Source: Chloroflexota bacterium (GTDB lineage: Bacteria; Chloroflexota; UBA11872; VXOZ01). From it: a DNA stretch of 64,000 nucleotides. A program made the position numbers and the translations under genes. The number at the start of each line of letters is the position of its first letter. Within the stretch, counting starts at the first letter, position 1. The notes under the pieces are model-generated. The model saw nothing but the letters and a program-made list of their open reading frames with translations. It ran no database searches and was not told the origin of the DNA. Positions 26,944 to 36,818 of this stretch are shown here, piece after piece. The stretch spans positions 224,001 through 288,000 of the forward strand of contig CAXXVD010000005.1 of assembly GCA_963662335.2 (NCBI GenBank). Direction: 5' to 3'.

Positions 26944-27333
26944 ATGGCAGTAAACGACCTGGACAGCAAGAAAGTAGTCATCCTGGAAGACGACCCCGAG
27001 CTCATCGACGCCATCGAGCGCCGGTTGCGGGACCACGGTTACCACTCGATTCTCGTCCGCCGCACGCGGGACATCATCAAATTCCTCAAGGCCGAGAAAC
27101 CCAAGACCATGATCATGGACGTGGCCCTGCCCGACGCCGACGGCATCGCCCTGCTCCAGGAGATCAAGGGCGATTGGGAAGCCAAGAAGACCCACGTCAT
27201 CGTGATGTCCAATTACTCCACGCGGGTCAACTACAAGGTGCGGGACGAGGTGGAGGAGATCTTCCAGAAGCCCTTCGACGTGGAGACCCTGCTGGAGTCC
27301 GTGGACCGCGTCGCCGCCATGGACGACAAGTAA
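26944..27333 (+). CDS. Single-domain response regulator (receiver)
   Basis: VILEDD, IMDVALPDADG, VMS, QKPFD; AAGGAAGG RBS. Confidence 0.92.
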   Translation: MAVNDLDSKKVVILEDDPELIDAIERRLRDHGYHSILVRRTRDIIKFLKAEKPKTMIMDVALPDADGIALLQEIKGDWEAKKTHVIVMSNYSTRVNYKVRDEVEEIFQKPFDVETLLESVDRVAAMDDK

Positions 27334-27395
27334 CCGCCGCCGCAAGCCTCTTGTCCCCTCTCCCGCTGGGAGGGGGGAGCGAAGTCCGCAGCGCC

Positions 27396-28403
27396 TCAGC
27401 CGGGTAGCAGCCGCTGCATCTCTCCGCCGCAGCGCCCGTGGGCGCGCAGCAGCGCGGCCACCTGTTCCCGCTCCGGCGCGCCGTCGATCGGGCCCGTCAC
27501 CGTCACGGACAACGCGCCGGCCGCGTTTGCCCAGCGCGCCGCCGTTTCCAGCGAGACTCCCTGCTGCAATGCCCACAGGAACGCGGCATCGAAGGTGTCG
27601 CCGGCCCCGGTGGCGTCAACCTCATCGACCGGAAACGACGGCGCCGCCGCCGCGCCTGCGTCGCTGTAGACCGTGCAGCCGTCCGCGCCCCGCTTGAGCA
27701 CGACGGCTTCATTGTAGGGAGCCTTGCGCAGCACGGCGCACGCCGCGGCCGGGGTGGAAGCGCCGGTTACCAACTGCGCCTCTTCGCCGCTGGGAAAGAC
27801 AATGCTGGCAATGTCCAGAATCGGGCCGACCAGGGCGCGTATCTGCGCCGGGCTTGCCAGTTCCGCGCGGATGTTCGGGTCCAGGCTCACGCGCCCGCCG
27901 GACTCCCGCACCAGGCGCGCCACCAGGATGCAGTATTTCCACCAGGCGTCGTTCATGGCCAAGCACGAGCCATTGACGTGCGCCCACGCCACCTGCCGCA
28001 GGAAAGCCGGCGTTGGCAACGGCGGCGGCCGGCCGGCGGCTCCGTTGCGCATGTGGAAGAAGAACGACCGGGTCCCGTCGGGGTGATTGACGACGAACGA
28101 CGCGGAAGTCGGCAACTCGCCGGTGCGCGCGACGCCGCTCTGTTCCACGCCCTCGCGCTCGAGAAAAGCGCATATCGCATCCCCAAACGCGTCGTCGCCA
28201 ACCGTGCCCAGAAAAGCGCTCCGGCCGCCCAGGCGCGCGACCGCCGTGGCAAAGATGAGCGGCGCGCCGCTGGCAAAGGGGCCGCGATAGGTTCCCGCTG
28301 CCGTCAAGGGCGCGTGCGAACCGACCTGCGCGAACTCCGCCAGCGCCTCGCCCATGCTCAGTATCACGTTCCGCGCCACAACGCGCTTCTCCCTGTCTTC
28401 CAC
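27396..28403 (-). CDS. PfkB family sugar kinase
   Basis: MGEAL, VGDDAFG, DPNIR, KRGADG, DATGAGDTF. Confidence 0.92.
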   Translation of the reverse strand: MEDREKRVVARNVILSMGEALAEFAQVGSHAPLTAAGTYRGPFASGAPLIFATAVARLGGRSAFLGTVGDDAFGDAICAFLEREGVEQSGVARTGELPTSASFVVNHPDGTRSFFFHMRNGAAGRPPPLPTPAFLRQVAWAHVNGSCLAMNDAWWKYCILVARLVRESGGRVSLDPNIRAELASPAQIRALVGPILDIASIVFPSGEEAQLVTGASTPAAACAVLRKAPYNEAVVLKRGADGCTVYSDAGAAAAPSFPVDEVDATGAGDTFDAAFLWALQQGVSLETAARWANAAGALSVTVTGPIDGAPEREQVAALLRAHGRCGGEMQRLLPG

Positions 28404-28583
28404 TCAAAACCACTAACGCACAGTATACTGGCAAGCGGCAGTATCGAGCGCCGTTGCGGAAAGACAACCAAGCGTTCGCGCCCCAAATCTCCCACGCGCT
28501 TGCGCACAGAACCTAGCAACTCTACAATACCGCACATACGCGGCCCGTTGAATTCACCGATAGACCACACACAGGAGCGAGCG

Positions 28584-29651
28584 ATGCCGTCTGCGGAATC
28601 GTCTACCACGTACCGGGTTGGCATTGTCGGCTGCGGCGCGCGGTCCACCGCCCATGCCGCGGGCTGGGCGGCCAACGACGGCGCGGCCATCGCGGCGGTT
28701 GCCGACCCCATCCCGGAACGGCGCGACGCCTTGGGCGAGCAATACGGCGTCTCTCAGGCGCAGCGCTACCCGGACTTCGCCGACATGCTGGCGCGGGCCG
28801 ACCTGGACTTCATCTCCATCGCCACCAAGCCCGAAGTGCGCGAACCGGCGGTCAAGGCGGCGGTGGCGGCCGGCATCAAGGGCATCCTGTGCGAGAAGCC
28901 CATGGCCCTCAGCCTGGGCGAAGCCCGCCGCATCCACAGCGCCTGCGCTACAAACCGCATCCCGTTGGTCATCAATCACCAGAAGCGCCACCTCACCGAG
29001 TGGCAACGGCTGGCGGCCATCTGCGCGCGTGGCGAACTCGGCGCGATCGAGCGTATCGAGGCCTCGTCCTACGGCAACCTCGCCAGCCAGGGCACCCACG
29101 TGCTGGACATGGTCTTGCAGTTCGGCGGCGACATGCAGCCGCTCTGGGCGATCGGGCAGAGCGTCGGCTGGCGCGACTACGTGGGCGCCCACGCCGGCCC
29201 GCGCTACACGCTCGGCCAGTTCCGCTTCCCCAACGACATCACGGCGTACGTGCAAATGGGAGACGAAGCGCCCCAGTTGCTCGGACGGGAAGATTCGTGG
29301 ATGCGCCTGCAACTGCGGGTCTGGGGCTCTGAAGGGCGCGGCCAAGTTGACCTGCCCATCGGCACGCGCGTCTGGCGCAAGGGCGAATCCGAGCCGACGA
29401 GTTGGCCGGAATGTTGGACGGACACGGCTAATCTGGCCGCCTCCCAGATGAAACTCTCCCAATCGGTCATTCGCGCCCACGAAGACCCCAGCTACGACCC
29501 GCCGGCCGGCGGCATCCGGCCGCTCTACAGCTTCGAGATGATCGAGGCGCTCTGCGCGTCCACGCAGACCCGGGAAATCGTCACCTGGCCGCTGCCCGCC
29601 TGGGAGCACTCGCCCATGCAGGCGCTGAAACCGGCGGACGCCCATGTTTGA
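28584..29651 (+). CDS. Gfo/Idh/MocA family oxidoreductase
   Basis: ATG 28584 after AGGAG; IVGCG, CEKPMA, NHQKR, QGTHVLD. Confidence 0.9.
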   Translation: MPSAESSTTYRVGIVGCGARSTAHAAGWAANDGAAIAAVADPIPERRDALGEQYGVSQAQRYPDFADMLARADLDFISIATKPEVREPAVKAAVAAGIKGILCEKPMALSLGEARRIHSACATNRIPLVINHQKRHLTEWQRLAAICARGELGAIERIEASSYGNLASQGTHVLDMVLQFGGDMQPLWAIGQSVGWRDYVGAHAGPRYTLGQFRFPNDITAYVQMGDEAPQLLGREDSWMRLQLRVWGSEGRGQVDLPIGTRVWRKGESEPTSWPECWTDTANLAASQMKLSQSVIRAHEDPSYDPPAGGIRPLYSFEMIEALCASTQTREIVTWPLPAWEHSPMQALKPADAHV

Positions 29652-30441
29652 CTACTTCGCCGCCAGCGTGGCCTTTGCCGAACGCCCGTTCGCGGAAGCC
29701 TGCGCCGCGCTGCGCGAGGCGGGCTGCAAAGAGGTTGACATCTGGTCCGTGGCGAATTGGTGCGCGCACCTGCCGCCGGGCGAGCCGAACCCGGATCTGG
29801 AAAGCGTCAAGCGCACGCTAACCGAACATCAACTCACCTGCCGCGCCATCTCAGCCTACGGCAAGGATTCCGAGGAGATGCTGCTAGCGCGGCTGGAACA
29901 CCTGGCCGCGCTGGGCGGCAGAGCGTTGGTGCGTGCCAGCGGACCGGAAGAGATGACGGTGGCGGCGTTCGCGGACTGGATCGCGCCCTTCGTGCGGCGC
30001 GCCGAGGAATTGGGCGTGCAGATCGCCATTGAGAACCATCGCAACATGGTCATCAACACCATCGCCTCCCTGCGGGAACTCGTGGCGCGCGTCGAGAGCC
30101 CCGCGTTGGGCATCGCGTTCGCGCCCATCCACGTCCACATGGCCGGAGAAGACATCGCTGAAGCCATCCACGCGGTTAGCGGCCGCATCGCGCTCTTCTA
30201 TGCGTGGGATTGGGGGCCAACGGCCGACAAGAACTGGAAAGACCCGCAGGAGCAGGTGCCCGGCAGCGGCGTGCTCGACTTCCACGCCATGTTCCGCGCG
30301 CTGAACGAGATTGGCTACGCCGAGCCGCTCTGCCTCTTCGCCCACGGCCTGGAGCATGAGCGCAGCGCGGACGCGATCGTGGCGCTGCGCGCCGGGCGGG
30401 CGCACTGCCAGCGGGTGGAGCGGGAACTTGGCCGCGGCTAA
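29644..30441 (+). CDS. Sugar phosphate isomerase/epimerase (xylose-isomerase-like TIM barrel)
   Basis: AIENH, PGSGVLDF; overlaps the upstream stop. Confidence 0.85.
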   Translation: MFDYFAASVAFAERPFAEACAALREAGCKEVDIWSVANWCAHLPPGEPNPDLESVKRTLTEHQLTCRAISAYGKDSEEMLLARLEHLAALGGRALVRASGPEEMTVAAFADWIAPFVRRAEELGVQIAIENHRNMVINTIASLRELVARVESPALGIAFAPIHVHMAGEDIAEAIHAVSGRIALFYAWDWGPTADKNWKDPQEQVPGSGVLDFHAMFRALNEIGYAEPLCLFAHGLEHERSADAIVALRAGRAHCQRVERELGRG

Positions 30442-30490
30442 CGGCGCGGCGATCCCGCCGGCCGCGGACGCTGGCGGCGAAAGCGCGGAC

Positions 30491-31600
30491 GTGTCCGCTC
30501 CCGTCGCGCCCCGGCTCGTGCCCACGGCAACCGCAAGTCCACGCTTCCACGACCTGGACGCCCTGCGCGCCTTTGCGATGCTCATGGGCATCGTCCTGCA
30601 CGCCGGCCTTTTCTTCATTCCCGGCGTCTGGGCGGAAGCCGACGCCGCGGAAAACTATCCGGCAGAGGCCACCACCTTCTACGCCCTTCTCTTCTTTGCG
30701 CTCCACGGCTTTCGCATGCACGTCTTCTTCCTGCTGAGCGGCTTCTTCACCGCCATGCTCTGGCGGAAGCGCGGGTTGCGCGGCCTGATCGTCCAGCGGC
30801 TGCAACGCATCGCCCTGCCGCTCGCCATCGGCGCGTTCACGGTCATTCCCGTAACTACGTGGGCGTTCATGTGGGCATTCGACGCGGAGGGATTCCGGCT
30901 GTCCTGGTGGCCGTTCATTTGGCTGAGCACGTGGAGCCACCTGTGGTTCCTGTGGTTCCTGCTGTGGCTAGCCGCCGCCTTCTGCGCCGCCGCCAAGCTG
31001 GGCGTCACGTTCACCCGGCCGTACGTCTGGTGGCTGGCGCTGCCGCTCACGTGCGCGCTGCAATGGCTGATGGCGGAACCGGTCTTCGGCCCGGACACGT
31101 CCGACGGGCTGATTCCCAATCCGGTGGTGCTCGGCTACTATGCGCTCTTCTTCGCCTTCGGAGCGTTCCTCTACCAGCGCAACGCCACCGCGAGCCGCTG
31201 GTGGACGCTTCTGTTGCTGCCCGCGCTGGCCGTCTTCATAGGCGGGCTGGCGCTCATGGAGGGCGGCGACGCGGCGTGGGCCAAACCGGCCTGGGCCGTT
31301 AGCCAAAACGCCTTCGCCTGGCTAATGTGCTTTGGACTCATGGGGCTGTTCCGCTGGCTCGCGGCGCGGGAACGGCGCTGGGTGCGCTACGTCTCGGATT
31401 CGTCGTATTGGCTCTACCTGTGGCACCTGCCGCTGATCGTGGTCTTGTACCGGCTGACGCTGGCGTGGCGGCTCAACATCCACCTGAACTTCGCGCTGCT
31501 CTGCGCGGCGGCGACCGCCGTCCTGCTGCTCACGTACCAGTTTGGCGTGCGCTACACGCCCATCGGCACGCTGCTCAACGGCAAGCGGGTGCGCGGTTAG
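30491..31600 (+). CDS. Acyltransferase family 3 membrane protein (OpgC/MdoC-like)
   Basis: RFHDLDALRA, FRMHVFFLLSGFF, HLWFL, SYWLYLWH; start approximate. Confidence 0.85.
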   Translation: MSAPVAPRLVPTATASPRFHDLDALRAFAMLMGIVLHAGLFFIPGVWAEADAAENYPAEATTFYALLFFALHGFRMHVFFLLSGFFTAMLWRKRGLRGLIVQRLQRIALPLAIGAFTVIPVTTWAFMWAFDAEGFRLSWWPFIWLSTWSHLWFLWFLLWLAAAFCAAAKLGVTFTRPYVWWLALPLTCALQWLMAEPVFGPDTSDGLIPNPVVLGYYALFFAFGAFLYQRNATASRWWTLLLLPALAVFIGGLALMEGGDAAWAKPAWAVSQNAFAWLMCFGLMGLFRWLAARERRWVRYVSDSSYWLYLWHLPLIVVLYRLTLAWRLNIHLNFALLCAAATAVLLLTYQFGVRYTPIGTLLNGKRVRG

Positions 31601-32631
31601 CCCAGCGCCAGGTTTATGTCAAGCTCCCCGGCTAGCGCAAGCATTGGCTCCCACACGATGCGCGGCAGGACGTGCGTGCCGCGGGCACGCGCTTCACTCT
31701 CCAGGCGGCCGGCGCGTTCGCCGGGGTAGAAGATCTCCGCCACGCCGGGCTTGCGCGGCGCGGCTTTGATCCTGGCAGCGTACTCCGCCGTGCGCCGCGC
31801 AAAGTCGGGGCGCGACATGAACAAGCTGGGGTCTAGTACCAGCAGGAAGTGCCCAACTTTGCCGCTCTGTCCGCTCTCCGGGCCAAAGTCGGCGCCGGTG
31901 AGCACGCCGGCCAACAACTCGGATACCATCGCCAGGCCGTAGCCCTTGTGCTCGCCAAGGGGTACCAGCGTGCCAGTCAGCGCGGCGTGAGGGTCAACCG
32001 TAGGATTTCCCTCCTCATCCAAGGCCCAGCCGGCGGGCAGGGGGGAATTTTCCGCCGCGTGCATGCGCACTTTGGCAAACGAGGCCGAGGGCGCAATATC
32101 GAGCACCAGCGGGTCGCCCTCCCCGACGGGAACGCCGAAGGCCCACGGGTTGTTGCCCAGCATCCGGCCCAACCCGCCGGTGGGCGCCATGACCGCCTCA
32201 GCCACTGACGTGCAAATGGCAATGTACCCCTCGCGGGCGGCGCGCAGCACGTAGTGGGCCGGGATGAAGAGGTGGCTCGAGTTGTAGACGCCGGCCAGCC
32301 CGATGCCGCTTGTGCCCGCCTTGATCAGGCAGCGCTCCAGAGCGCGCGTGCAGGCGATCGCGCCAAAGCCCCGGTCGGCGTCCACGACAACGCTGATGGG
32401 CGATTCCCTTAACATGCGCACCTTGGGCGCGGCGTTGATGGTTCCCTCCTTGACGATGGGCGCGTAGTAGGCAACGAGCCGCACGCCGTGGCTGGCGTGG
32501 CCCCGCAGGTCGGCTTCCACCAGGATGCTCGCCAACAGGCGCGCGTTGCGGCGCGCTACGCCCAAGGCCGCGAACGCCGTGGCGCAAAACGCTTCCAAGT
32601 CCTCGATCGCGATCGTGCGTTCGTCTTCCAC
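31597..32631 (-). CDS. Type 2 malate/L-lactate dehydrogenase family oxidoreductase
   Basis: ADLRGHASHG, GNNPWAFG, HKGYGL, YPGE; GTG start at 32631. Confidence 0.9.
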   Translation of the reverse strand: MEDERTIAIEDLEAFCATAFAALGVARRNARLLASILVEADLRGHASHGVRLVAYYAPIVKEGTINAAPKVRMLRESPISVVVDADRGFGAIACTRALERCLIKAGTSGIGLAGVYNSSHLFIPAHYVLRAAREGYIAICTSVAEAVMAPTGGLGRMLGNNPWAFGVPVGEGDPLVLDIAPSASFAKVRMHAAENSPLPAGWALDEEGNPTVDPHAALTGTLVPLGEHKGYGLAMVSELLAGVLTGADFGPESGQSGKVGHFLLVLDPSLFMSRPDFARRTAEYAARIKAAPRKPGVAEIFYPGERAGRLESEARARGTHVLPRIVWEPMLALAGELDINLALG

Positions 32632-32660
32632 GGCAATGCCTTTCTCTTCACTTGCACACC

Positions 32661-32684
32661 GTAGCGCGGGGGCTCGTCCCCCGC
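32661..32684. repeat. GTAG-REP copy
   Basis: GTAGCGCGGGGGCTCGTCCCCCGC. Confidence 0.75.
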
Positions 32685-32756
32685 AGCTTGACTCGAACGA
32701 AACCAACCGTCCCGGCAAGTCGCTGAGGCGCACATTCCGGCAAGACCCTGTTGGCC

Positions 32757-33518
32757 TCACGACATGAGGATGCCACCATCCACGTTGATGACCTGTCCCG
32801 TCATGTACCCGCTTCGGTCGGAGCAGAGAAAGACCGCCGCCTGGGCAATGTCCTCCACCGAGCCGATACGGTTCAGAGGCACGTGCGGCATGACCTTCCG
32901 CTTCCAACTCTCAGGCAGCGGCGGCGGCTTGGAATCGACCACGCCGGGCGCGATGCAATTCACCCGAATCTCCGGCGCCCACTCGTGCGCCAGCCGCTTG
33001 GTCAGCATCACCAAGCCGGCCTTGGCAGTGGCGTAGTGCGCGCCGGTGGCGTAGGCGGGATGCGGGCTGAGGCCGCCGCCGGAGGCGATATTGAGCATCA
33101 CGCCGCCGCGCCCCGCCTGCATCACCCGCGCCGCTGCTTGGCAGAGCAGGAACGGGCTGTGGAGGTTGATCATGTGCACCCGCTGCCAGTCCTCCGGCGA
33201 GATCTCCAACGCGGGTTTGCCGCTGAAGACCCCCGCGTTGTTGACGAGGATGTCTATACCGCCGAAAGCGTCCTGCGCCGCCGCCACGATTTGCTGAGCC
33301 GCCGAGACCTGCCGCAAGTCCGCCCGCACTGCCGCCGCGCGCACTCCCAGCGCCTCGAGCGCGCGGCGCACGTCTTCCGCGCGTTCTTTCGACGCATTGT
33401 AGTGCACCACCACGTGCGCGCCCTGCTCGGCCAGGGCCAGGGCGATGCCCCGGCCGATGCCGCGCGCCGCGCCGGTGACGATTGCCACCCTACCTTCCAA
33501 CAGCACGGATTCCGACAT
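32757..33518 (-). CDS. Short-chain dehydrogenase/reductase
   Basis: TGAARGIG, NNAG, YATAK, VNCIAPG. Confidence 0.93.
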   Translation of the reverse strand: MSESVLLEGRVAIVTGAARGIGRGIALALAEQGAHVVVHYNASKERAEDVRRALEALGVRAAAVRADLRQVSAAQQIVAAAQDAFGGIDILVNNAGVFSGKPALEISPEDWQRVHMINLHSPFLLCQAAARVMQAGRGGVMLNIASGGGLSPHPAYATGAHYATAKAGLVMLTKRLAHEWAPEIRVNCIAPGVVDSKPPPLPESWKRKVMPHVPLNRIGSVEDIAQAAVFLCSDRSGYMTGQVINVDGGILMS

Positions 33519-33678
33519 CCGGTTGCTCCACAACGGCATACTTGCTACACTGCTTGCCGGTCGGGGTCTGCCATCACTCCGAAAAATAGCGTAAGGTTTC
33601 CGTCATTCCCGCGCACGCGGGAATCCATCTTCGCCGCGCCGCAAAAATCCGCACACTGTCTACCGGAGAAAAATACCC

Positions 33679-34470
33679 ATGCTCTTGGCCGTCTCAGAGA
33701 ACATGATACCTGGCGCGGGCTATAGCGAGAAACTCCGCGTACTGCGCGCAAGCGGCTACGACGGCATCGAACTCTTTCCCGATATCGCCGGCCGGCACAC
33801 TGCGGAACTCAAGCGGGCCATGGCGGAGACGGGCATTGCCGCGCCGAGCATGCGCGGCCGCACGCGCGATCTGCTGGCCGCGGAGCCGTCGGCGCGCCGC
33901 GCCCAAATCGAGCAATTGCGGCGCGTGTGCGCCTTGGCCGAGGAGTGCGGCGTGCGCGCGGTAGTCATCGTGCCGGTCTTTGGCGGCCCGCGCCTGCCGG
34001 ACTTGACGCCGTGGCGCTCCGCCGTCGAGTTGGAAGAGGCCCTCTTGGACACGATTCTACCAACAATCGGGGCGATCGCGGTCGATCACGGCGTCACGCT
34101 GGTCATGGAACCGCTCAACCGCTACGAGACCCACTTCCTCAATACCCTGGCGCACGGCGCGGCGATTAGCCGGCGCGTCGACCACCCCGGCGTGCGCGTC
34201 ATGGCCGACTTCTTTCACATGCACATCGAAGAGGCCGACATCGGCGCCAGCCTCGCGCAGAACCTGGCGTACGTCAGTCACGTCCACCTGGCCGACAGCA
34301 ACCGCGACCTGCCTGGGCGCGGGCATACGAACTTCGCGCCCGCGTTCCGCGTGTTGAAGCAGAGCGGATTCGACGGCGCGTTCGCGCTTGAATGCTCACG
34401 CCGGGGTTCGCCGGCATTCGGCCTGAAAGAGAGCGCCGCCTATATTCGCGGCGTTTGGCAGTCGGCCTGA
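33679..34470 (+). CDS. Sugar epimerase/isomerase (ketose 3-epimerase/IolO-like TIM barrel)
   Basis: EPLNRYE, DFFHM, HVHLADSNR, PGRGH, ALE. Confidence 0.88.
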   Translation: MLLAVSENMIPGAGYSEKLRVLRASGYDGIELFPDIAGRHTAELKRAMAETGIAAPSMRGRTRDLLAAEPSARRAQIEQLRRVCALAEECGVRAVVIVPVFGGPRLPDLTPWRSAVELEEALLDTILPTIGAIAVDHGVTLVMEPLNRYETHFLNTLAHGAAISRRVDHPGVRVMADFFHMHIEEADIGASLAQNLAYVSHVHLADSNRDLPGRGHTNFAPAFRVLKQSGFDGAFALECSRRGSPAFGLKESAAYIRGVWQSA

Positions 34471-34557
34471 GCTGCGCGCCGGTAGGAGCCTCCGCGCAGC
34501 GTTGCCGAGTTGGCGGTCTTGTGGTGGCTTGCGGCAAGGCGCGCGGCCTACGGCGGC

Positions 34558-36297
34558 TTATTCCGTCCCGTCCGCTGTGAGCGTGAACGCCACCGGGCGC
34601 ACGGCGAGCGGCACCGCGTTGCGCACGTGCAGCGTGCGCGCGTCCAGCACGAGAATGGCGCCCGCGCGCGGCGCGAGAGCATAGAGGATGTTACGCTCCG
34701 GATCGAGCGCCATCTGCGCAATGCCGCCCTCCTGCCACAACTCACGCTCCACGCTCCCGTCGGCCGTGTTCAGCAGCGTCAGTGCCGCCGCCTCTTCCGC
34801 CTCCGATTCGCCAGCCTCGGATTCACTGTCTGAAGTCTCTTCTTTCGACGAGCCTTGGCTTGATGACTCATTAGTCGTTGACGAGTTTTCCGCGGTAGGC
34901 GCTGCGGGAAGCGGCCCGCTGTCGATACTCAGGTAGAGGGCCGTGCCGTCCGCGCTGAGCGCGCCGCGGGTGGCGCGGGCCGCCGGCAGCGCGGCTACTC
35001 GCACTGCCTGTCCCGTGCTCACGTCAACGCGCCAAAGCTCTTCCGTCGCCGGCGTCGTCACGTAAACTGAAGCGCCGTCGCCGGCGGACACCACCGCGCC
35101 AAGGCCCAAGCCGGCGCCAATCGTGATGGTTTCTCCCACGCTGCGGGACGCCAACGCCACGCGCGCCATCCGGGTGCGGTCAACCGACACGGCCAGAACC
35201 GCGTCATCGCCGAGCGGCAGGAGCCTGGCCACCGCCCACGGCAGCGGAATATCGGCCGACAATTCGTCACTCGCGTCCATCACCATGAGCGCGGTGGCAG
35301 CCTCCGAGCCCATGACCACGTACGGCCCCACGCTCGCCAAGCTGTTCCAGTCGTGAGTCGGCAAGCGGATGAGCCGGCCCAACTGCTGCGACTGCGCGTC
35401 TACGGTGAGCAACCCCTCTGCCTGCAAGACGTAGAGCGTCTTGCCATCGGCGGAAAGTCCAAGCGCGCGCGGCTCCCCGCCAACCCCGGTTACGCGCGAC
35501 GGCCGCAACTCATTGGCCGTGTACGCGAACAGCGCGCCGGTATCGGCAACACCCAGCACGACGATCGTCTTTGGTTCCGCCGCGGCCTGTTCCGCCGCGG
35601 CCTCCGTCTCCTCTTGACCACGCAGCAGTGAAAAAGCCACCGAGCCCGCGAGCGCCAGTACCACGAGCACAATGCCTACCTGCATGATGCGGGTACGCAG
35701 GGTTGTGTCCCCGGCGCCAAGGGCGGCGGCCACGTCGGCGCGCAGCGTGGCGCTGGGACGCGGCGCGTAGAGTTGGCGCATGGCGCGTTCGATAGTGGCG
35801 CGCTCGGCGTCCGCGTCCGGCGGACGAAAGTCCCTGCGCGCCCGTTCCAGCAACAATTCAACGCGCTCGAGAGACGTGCCCATCGCCTCCGCCGTCTGGC
35901 TCTGGGGCATCCCTTCCGCCAGAGTCAGCAGCCACACCGCGCGCAAGCGCGGCGAGAGCGCGACCACGGCCGTGCGCCACGCGCGCGAGCGCTCCTCGAC
36001 CTCTACCGGACCGGACGGCCGGCGCATGAGCCATTGCCGCACCGCGGTGGCAAGAAACGTCCGCACCGCCATCCGGTAGAACCAGGTGTCCAGCACCATG
36101 GTGCGGGGCCGCTTGCGAAACGCGCGAAACGCGCGGCTGAAGGTGGCGACGACGAGCGCCCGCGTCTCGCTCTCGTTCCCCGTGAGCCAGAAGAAGTAGC
36201 GGTAGAGCATGGGGCCGAACTGATCGTAGAGCGCGAGAAATGCGTCCCGATCACCGCTTTCGGCCGCCGCCAGAATTCGTCCCCGATTGGCAAGCAT
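34558..36297 (-). CDS. ECF sigma-like domain fused to a TM helix and a YVTN/YncE-like beta-propeller
   Basis: GDRDAFLALYDQF..., TWFYRMA, LSPRLRAVWLL..EG..AEAMG..ERAR; TM IVLVVLALAGSVAFSLL; blades LSADGKTLYV, LSADGTALYL. Confidence 0.82.
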   Translation of the reverse strand: MLANRGRILAAAESGDRDAFLALYDQFGPMLYRYFFWLTGNESETRALVVATFSRAFRAFRKRPRTMVLDTWFYRMAVRTFLATAVRQWLMRRPSGPVEVEERSRAWRTAVVALSPRLRAVWLLTLAEGMPQSQTAEAMGTSLERVELLLERARRDFRPPDADAERATIERAMRQLYAPRPSATLRADVAAALGAGDTTLRTRIMQVGIVLVVLALAGSVAFSLLRGQEETEAAAEQAAAEPKTIVVLGVADTGALFAYTANELRPSRVTGVGGEPRALGLSADGKTLYVLQAEGLLTVDAQSQQLGRLIRLPTHDWNSLASVGPYVVMGSEAATALMVMDASDELSADIPLPWAVARLLPLGDDAVLAVSVDRTRMARVALASRSVGETITIGAGLGLGAVVSAGDGASVYVTTPATEELWRVDVSTGQAVRVAALPAARATRGALSADGTALYLSIDSGPLPAAPTAENSSTTNESSSQGSSKEETSDSESEAGESEAEEAAALTLLNTADGSVERELWQEGGIAQMALDPERNILYALAPRAGAILVLDARTLHVRNAVPLAVRPVAFTLTADGTE

Positions 36298-36577
36298 GTC
36301 CGTCGTTCACCCAGCTTAGCTGCTACCGCTGCCTGACTGCATGGTAGCACATAGCGCGCGCAATCCTAGCCGGTCAACGCGCTCGGTCCAACCGCAGGGC
36401 ATCACGAGGGACACATGCGCTCGCAATTGCGCGAACGGCACGAAAGATGTACCGTACAGCTAACCGGAGACGCACATCCGGCAACACATGCGCTGTGGTC
36501 TCCAAGCGCTCCCATCCGCTCGCGCGAGAGGCCGTTGGCACGCGCCATGCTCGCCGATACGACGGTACCGGCAAACC

Positions 36578-36736
36578 GTAGCGCGGGGGCTTGTCCCCCG
36601 ACGGAGCTATTGAAACTGGCACGCAAAGGATTGACCTAACGGCTTTATAGGTTTCAAACCTGTGCTACCGGAGATGCGAGGCGTGGTTCTCATCGCCATA
36701 GAGTTTAATGCGACAGCATTGGGGCTTGTCCCCCGC
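36578..36736. repeat. Second copy of the ~142-bp REP-headed element, followed by a partial REP
   Basis: Aligns to 1425-1566; GGGGCTTGTCCCCCGC immediately follows at 36721. Confidence 0.8.
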
Positions 36737-36818
36737 ACTGTGACGGGAAGCGCGCCTCCCGTCACAGGCACGCCGGATAGCTAACAGAGCGCCATTCCCG
36801 CACAATCAAGGAACCTCC

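Noticed and set aside
27438-28583. N-terminal 382 aa of the 737-aa ORF
   Set aside because: Antisense to the PfkB kinase; the real start is ATG 28584 with an RBS
36738-36767. 11-bp hairpin as a terminator
   Set aside because: No U-tract and it lies between divergent genes; probably another palindromic repeat
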